Of a stretch of 32,000 nt of DNA, positions 28,213 to 32,000 are shown piece by piece; position 1 is the first letter of the stretch; each line of letters begins with the position of its first letter. This stretch comes from Candidatus Heimdallarchaeota archaeon. Its GTDB lineage: Archaea; Asgardarchaeota; Heimdallarchaeia; Heimdallarchaeales; Heimdallarchaeaceae. The DNA lies in contig DAOVER010000013.1 in the NCBI GenBank assembly GCA_030668875.1, forward strand, positions 1-32,000, written 5' to 3'. The notes under the pieces are model-generated. The model had not been told where the DNA came from and ran no database searches. It saw only the letters and a list, made by a program, of their open reading frames with translations. A program made the position numbers and the translations under genes.

Positions 28213-28989
28213 ATGTTTAATGATAGTCCGCCTACTGAGAAAAGGCTATTTACTTTTGGTGTCCCAACACTTGATGAGATTCTAGGAGGAGGAGTCGTAG
28301 CTGGTTCTAATGTTTTAATTGAAGATGAAATTGGTGCAGAAGCTGATCCTTTTGTTTTGCAATTTTTAGCTGAAGGTTTGAAATCTGGGGAATATGGATA
28401 TATTTTCTCTACTGAGCATCCTTATGAATTCTATAATGAGATGATGAATGGACTTGGTGTGAATCCTGAAATGCTAGAAGCTACAGGACGTTTGAAATTC
28501 ATCGATGCTTTTAGTAATCCATTTGGTTATACAGATTTAAAGACAAACCATCAATATTCTGTCCAAGACCTTGCAAAACCAAGAGAAATAAATGAGACAA
28601 TAAGAAGGTCATTTTTACATGTGCAGAACCAACAAATCCTAAAAAGAGGAATTGTCATATCTTTGTCGTCAATCATTTATGCAGCAGATGAGAGCAAGAA
28701 AATAATATTCTCTTTCTTACAGAACAGATTAGCTGCAAATAAAAAAGATGGCTCAGTGACAGTCCTTACACTACATCAAGATGCACATGATCCAATATTA
28801 GTTAGAGCAATAGAACATAATTGTGATGTTACAATAAGAGTATCACAATCCAAAACCAAAGTAGATCGCCCAATTACCGAGGTTAGAGTAATTAATGTAA
28901 AAGGAAAACCAGAATTAACTGGAGAACCTGTCTTATTTGAGTTTATCAGTGGAAAGATTCTACCATATTATGAAGATGATGCATTTTAG
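28213..28989 (+). CDS. KaiC/RAD55-like RecA-superfamily protein with degenerate ATPase motifs
   Basis: TFGVPTLDEILGGGVVAGSNVLIE start typical of KaiC-like proteins, FIDAFS, EHNCDVTI; no GKT in the P-loop. Confidence 0.75.
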   Translation: MFNDSPPTEKRLFTFGVPTLDEILGGGVVAGSNVLIEDEIGAEADPFVLQFLAEGLKSGEYGYIFSTEHPYEFYNEMMNGLGVNPEMLEATGRLKFIDAFSNPFGYTDLKTNHQYSVQDLAKPREINETIRRSFLHVQNQQILKRGIVISLSSIIYAADESKKIIFSFLQNRLAANKKDGSVTVLTLHQDAHDPILVRAIEHNCDVTIRVSQSKTKVDRPITEVRVINVKGKPELTGEPVLFEFISGKILPYYEDDAF

Positions 28990-29570
28990 TTGAAATCAAA
29001 TTCATTTACAATTTTTTCTGCTGTTTCTTTTATAGATAGATTTGTGTTGACTATTTTTAAATAATTTTTCTGGTAATAGAATTCTTCATCAGTATTCATT
29101 TTATGTTTAGAACCCATTGCGATTAGTCGTTTTTCTGATAATTCAGTGTCGCGTTTAGAAGGTTTTTCTCTAAGACGAGTCTTAGTTCTGTTCCGTTTCA
29201 ATCGCTCTTCTAAAGATGACTCTAATTCCACATAATAAACTTCCCACTTATTTTTGTGAAAAAAACTACTGATGAACTCGACATAATCCTTCTCTTCTTC
29301 TTGATTGAAGTCCCAAACATATGTGAAAATTAACCCAGGTAAGTCACTAGTTGCTACTTCTTCAAATATTCTCCTTCGAAATTCAGAATTTAATTTGTGA
29401 AACTTTGCTGTACCATAATCAAAGATTTGAACTAGTAACTCAATGGTCATATGATTATGGAGAAGTTTGAAACCTGTTCTTTTAGAAATCTCCATACCTA
29501 CCGCCATTTTTCCAACTGCAGGAGGACCAAATATTAGTATAAACTTCACAAAACAACATGCAATTTTCAA
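28986..29570 (-). CDS. P-loop NTPase of nucleoside/shikimate-kinase-like fold
   Basis: LIFGPPAVGKM, HNHMTIE, ERLKRN; likely real start is the GTG at 29549 (MKFILIFG). Confidence 0.75.
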   Translation of the reverse strand: MKIACCFVKFILIFGPPAVGKMAVGMEISKRTGFKLLHNHMTIELLVQIFDYGTAKFHKLNSEFRRRIFEEVATSDLPGLIFTYVWDFNQEEEKDYVEFISSFFHKNKWEVYYVELESSLEERLKRNRTKTRLREKPSKRDTELSEKRLIAMGSKHKMNTDEEFYYQKNYLKIVNTNLSIKETAEKIVNEFDFN

Positions 29571-29705
29571 AATTTAAAGTTATCTGAAAATTGGTAGGTG
29601 TATGTGAAAGACGTTTAAAACGTTCTAGAAACAACTCTGATGATATTCATCTAGCAACAACTTTAGATAGGTTTAAGTAGAACGAGATAGAAAATAAATA
29701 AGTGA

Positions 29706-30266
29706 ATGCCCGTGCTTTTTGACTATCTATTCAAAACAATTATCGTTGGAAATCCTGGAGTAGGGAAAACTTCGATCACTTTAAGGTTCGCTACAGGTAT
29801 GTTCAGGGAAAGATATCTACCAACAATTGGAGTAGAATTCTCTGTTAAAGACATAGAAGTCGATGGGAGTAAAGTGAAGCTTCAAACATGGGATACTGGA
29901 TCACATGACCGTTTTTCATATGTACGACCTTTGTATTATAAAGGAAGTTATGGAGTGCTTGTTGTTTGTGATATTACCGATAGAACATCCTTTGAGCAAC
30001 TAGATAAATGGTTTAAAGAAGTATATGACACCTGTGAGGATATATTACCAGCTATTCTGATAGGAAATAAAACTGATGTTCCAGATGAAAGAGAAGTCGA
30101 GGAGCAAGAGGTTTTGGATTATGCAGAGAAGAAAAGGAAAGAATTCAAATTGAAGACTCTCCCTTATTATGAAGTTTCTGCAAAAAATGGTCAGAATATC
30201 AATGATATTTACTACGAACTTACAAGAATGATGATTGCAAGGTCTATTGAGACTGAATTATCTTAA
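29706..30266 (+). CDS. Rab-like Ras-superfamily small GTPase (eukaryotic signature protein)
   Basis: FDYLFK, G1 GNPGVGKT, G2 PTIGVEF, G3 variant WDTGSH, G4 NKTD, G5 SAK; no C-terminal Cys. Confidence 0.9.
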   Translation: MPVLFDYLFKTIIVGNPGVGKTSITLRFATGMFRERYLPTIGVEFSVKDIEVDGSKVKLQTWDTGSHDRFSYVRPLYYKGSYGVLVVCDITDRTSFEQLDKWFKEVYDTCEDILPAILIGNKTDVPDEREVEEQEVLDYAEKKRKEFKLKTLPYYEVSAKNGQNINDIYYELTRMMIARSIETELS

Positions 30267-30374
30267 CCTCTTTTTAAATTTTCATTACAATTCTTAGATA
30301 CATAGCATAAGATTTAATTTGTACATATATGTTTTGCATCATAGATATTTATTTATTTAAAGGAGTAATAGAAA

Positions 30375-30929
30375 TTGGCAGAAATTACTGATGTCCGACT
30401 GAATGGCAGGGGCGGACAAGGCGCTGTTACAGCTTCACGTCTTTTAGCCGAAGCAGCAATCTTAGAAAATCAACATGTTCACGCTTTTCCAAATTTTGGA
30501 CCAGAGAGAGCAGGAGCGCCTGTAACCTCGTATGCTCGTATATGTTCAGAATCTTTTACGGAAAAAACTGAAGTTTATGAACCTCATATTGTTGTGGTTA
30601 TTGATCCCACATTACTCGATGATGTTCCAGTGGCTGATGGTTTGAAAGAGGGAGGTACTATAGTGGTAAATTACGAAGGTCTGAAAGAATCATTGATGAA
30701 ATTCTTTGAAGGGTGTCATGCGAACATATACAAGGTTGCAGGTTCCAAAATAGCTATGGAAGAAATTGGTCGCAATGTTCCAAATCTCGTAATGTTAGGG
30801 GCATTACTTAAGGTTACCAATTTAGTCAAATTAGAAAGTTTACTCGAAGTTACAACTAAAAGATTTCCAGGTGTATTGGGAGAAAAGAATGTTGTTGCCA
30901 TTAAGCGAGCATATGAAGAGGTGGAATAG
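30375..30929 (+). CDS. porC: Pyruvate/2-oxoacid:ferredoxin oxidoreductase gamma subunit
   Basis: GRGGQGAVTA, FGPERAGAPV, NLVMLGAL; TTG start. Confidence 0.92.
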   Translation: MAEITDVRLNGRGGQGAVTASRLLAEAAILENQHVHAFPNFGPERAGAPVTSYARICSESFTEKTEVYEPHIVVVIDPTLLDDVPVADGLKEGGTIVVNYEGLKESLMKFFEGCHANIYKVAGSKIAMEEIGRNVPNLVMLGALLKVTNLVKLESLLEVTTKRFPGVLGEKNVVAIKRAYEEVE

Positions 30930-31250
30930 ATGGTTGAGAAAGAAGCTCCTAAAGAATTCAAGAAATGGATAAGTGAAAAATGGGGAACCAAAAATCTACC
31001 CCTTGGTGGAACGGTCCCTTTCCATAGTGCGTATGAATATAAAACAGGTGATTGGTCAGCTTTTAAAGCTATAATTGACAAATCAAAATGTATCAGTTGT
31101 ATGAATTGCTTCTATTATTGCCCTGATGCAGCGATAGAAATGGATGACGAGATGAAAGCGATGGTTGACATTAATTATTGTAAAGGCTGTGGTATTTGTA
31201 CAAAGCACTGCCCCGCAGATGCAATAGAGTTGAAAAGATTAACAAGGTGA
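30930..31250 (+). CDS. porD: Pyruvate/2-oxoacid:ferredoxin oxidoreductase delta subunit (2x[4Fe-4S])
   Basis: KTGDW; CISCMNCFYYCP and CKGCGICTKHCP. Confidence 0.92.
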   Translation: MVEKEAPKEFKKWISEKWGTKNLPLGGTVPFHSAYEYKTGDWSAFKAIIDKSKCISCMNCFYYCPDAAIEMDDEMKAMVDINYCKGCGICTKHCPADAIELKRLTR

Positions 31251-31252
31251 TT

Positions 31253-32000
31253 ATGATGATACGAGAAGTTAGAGGTATGACAGGTGATGAGGCAGTAGCT
31301 CATGCAGTAAAATTAGTTAATCCTGATGTATTAGCAGCGTATCCGATTACACCGCAGACAATAATCGTTGAAAGGTACAGTGATTTTGTCAATAATGGTG
31401 AAGTTGATACCAGCTTTATTCCTGTAGAGTCTGAACATTCCGCAATGTCAGCTTGTGTAGGCGCATCGATAACAGGTGCAAGAGTATTTACAGCAACTGC
31501 TTCTGCAGGACTTGCATTGATGTATGAAATTTTATATGTTGCATCTGGAATGAGGTGTCCAATCGTGCTTGCAGTTGCAAACAGAGCATTTAGTGCACCA
31601 ATTAATATTCATGGAGAATGTACCGATCAATTAGTATGTAGAGATGCTTCATGGGTTTCACTTTTTGGAGAATCAGCACAAGAAGCATATGATGAAACAA
31701 TAATGTCTTTCAAAATAGGCGAACATCCAGATGTTCAATTACCAACAATGTTTGGAATTGAAGGTTTCATCGTTACACATGCTCTGGAAAGAGTAGAAAC
31801 AATGAGCAAATCAGATGTTGAAGATTTTCTCCCAGCTGAAAGAGATACAAAGTATAAATTTGGTCCTGATGAAGTTATGACTTTTGGATCTCTAGTCTTA
31901 CAAGATTACTACATGGAAATAAAGAGACAACAAGAAGAAGCAATGCAAAATGCCTATAGAGTTACAAAAGAGGTTATGGCAGAATTCACTGAATTAACTG
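31253..32000 (+). CDS. porA: Pyruvate/2-oxoacid:ferredoxin oxidoreductase alpha subunit, truncated by window end (missing from ORF track)
   Basis: Manual translation: MMIREVRGMTGDEAVAHAVKLVNPDVLAAYPITPQT...ESEHSAMSAC...TATASAGL. Confidence 0.92.
   Translation, partial: MMIREVRGMTGDEAVAHAVKLVNPDVLAAYPITPQTIIVERYSDFVNNGEVDTSFIPVESEHSAMSACVGASITGARVFTATASAGLALMYEILYVASGMRCPIVLAVANRAFSAPINIHGECTDQLVCRDASWVSLFGESAQEAYDETIMSFKIGEHPDVQLPTMFGIEGFIVTHALERVETMSKSDVEDFLPAERDTKYKFGPDEVMTFGSLVLQDYYMEIKRQQEEAMQNAYRVTKEVMAEFTELT

Noticed and set aside
1296-31081. Short shadow ORFs in the track (e.g. 1296-1487, 3023-3226, 4720-4923, 7135-7498, 7972-8683, 12237-17329 plus-strand set, 17526-17813, 19048-19863, 22221-22543, 23224-23409, 23733-23918, 25129-25344, 27128-27331, 27572-27913, 30716-31081)
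   Set aside because: They overlap well-supported genes antisense or out of frame, or lack any motif.
1-32000. CRISPR array, rRNA or tRNA genes
   Set aside because: No regularly spaced repeats or RNA-gene signatures were seen by eye; non-coding gaps are short apart from the MFS locus.

Overview
AT-rich archaeal chromosomal window. The Rab-like small GTPase, CarS, Sm-like protein, Gins23 and Hel308 point to an Asgard archaeon, possibly Heimdallarchaeia (inference only). It opens with the 3' end of an IS200/IS605 tnpB, then an ArsR regulator, a methyltransferase and RIO2-DUF460. A long co-directional minus-strand replication/repair cluster follows: mcm (three inteins), hel308, gins23, pyrG, nurA, herA, lsm. 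Next come a membrane metal hydrolase, a MoxR/VWA pair, a serine hydrolase, a disrupted MFS gene, an Atg22-like MFS, an HDAC-family deacetylase, carS, a Cys-rich small protein, a degenerate KaiC/RecA-like protein, a P-loop kinase, the Rab-like GTPase and the start of a por operon. The most notable signal is the MFS pseudogene (22545-24468). It rebuilds to a ~404-aa reading frame after removing two different ORF-less, hairpin-rich insertions of 352 and 357 bp. The second insertion has a 2-nt duplicated core (AC) and asymmetric subterminal inverted repeats. It also carries internal 7-nt and 10-nt segments complementary to its own target site and to its predicted circle junction. This is the pattern expected of a non-autonomous IS110/IS1111-type element retaining a bridge/seek-RNA-like guide (hypothesis, not proven). 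No rRNA, tRNA or CRISPR array was seen.
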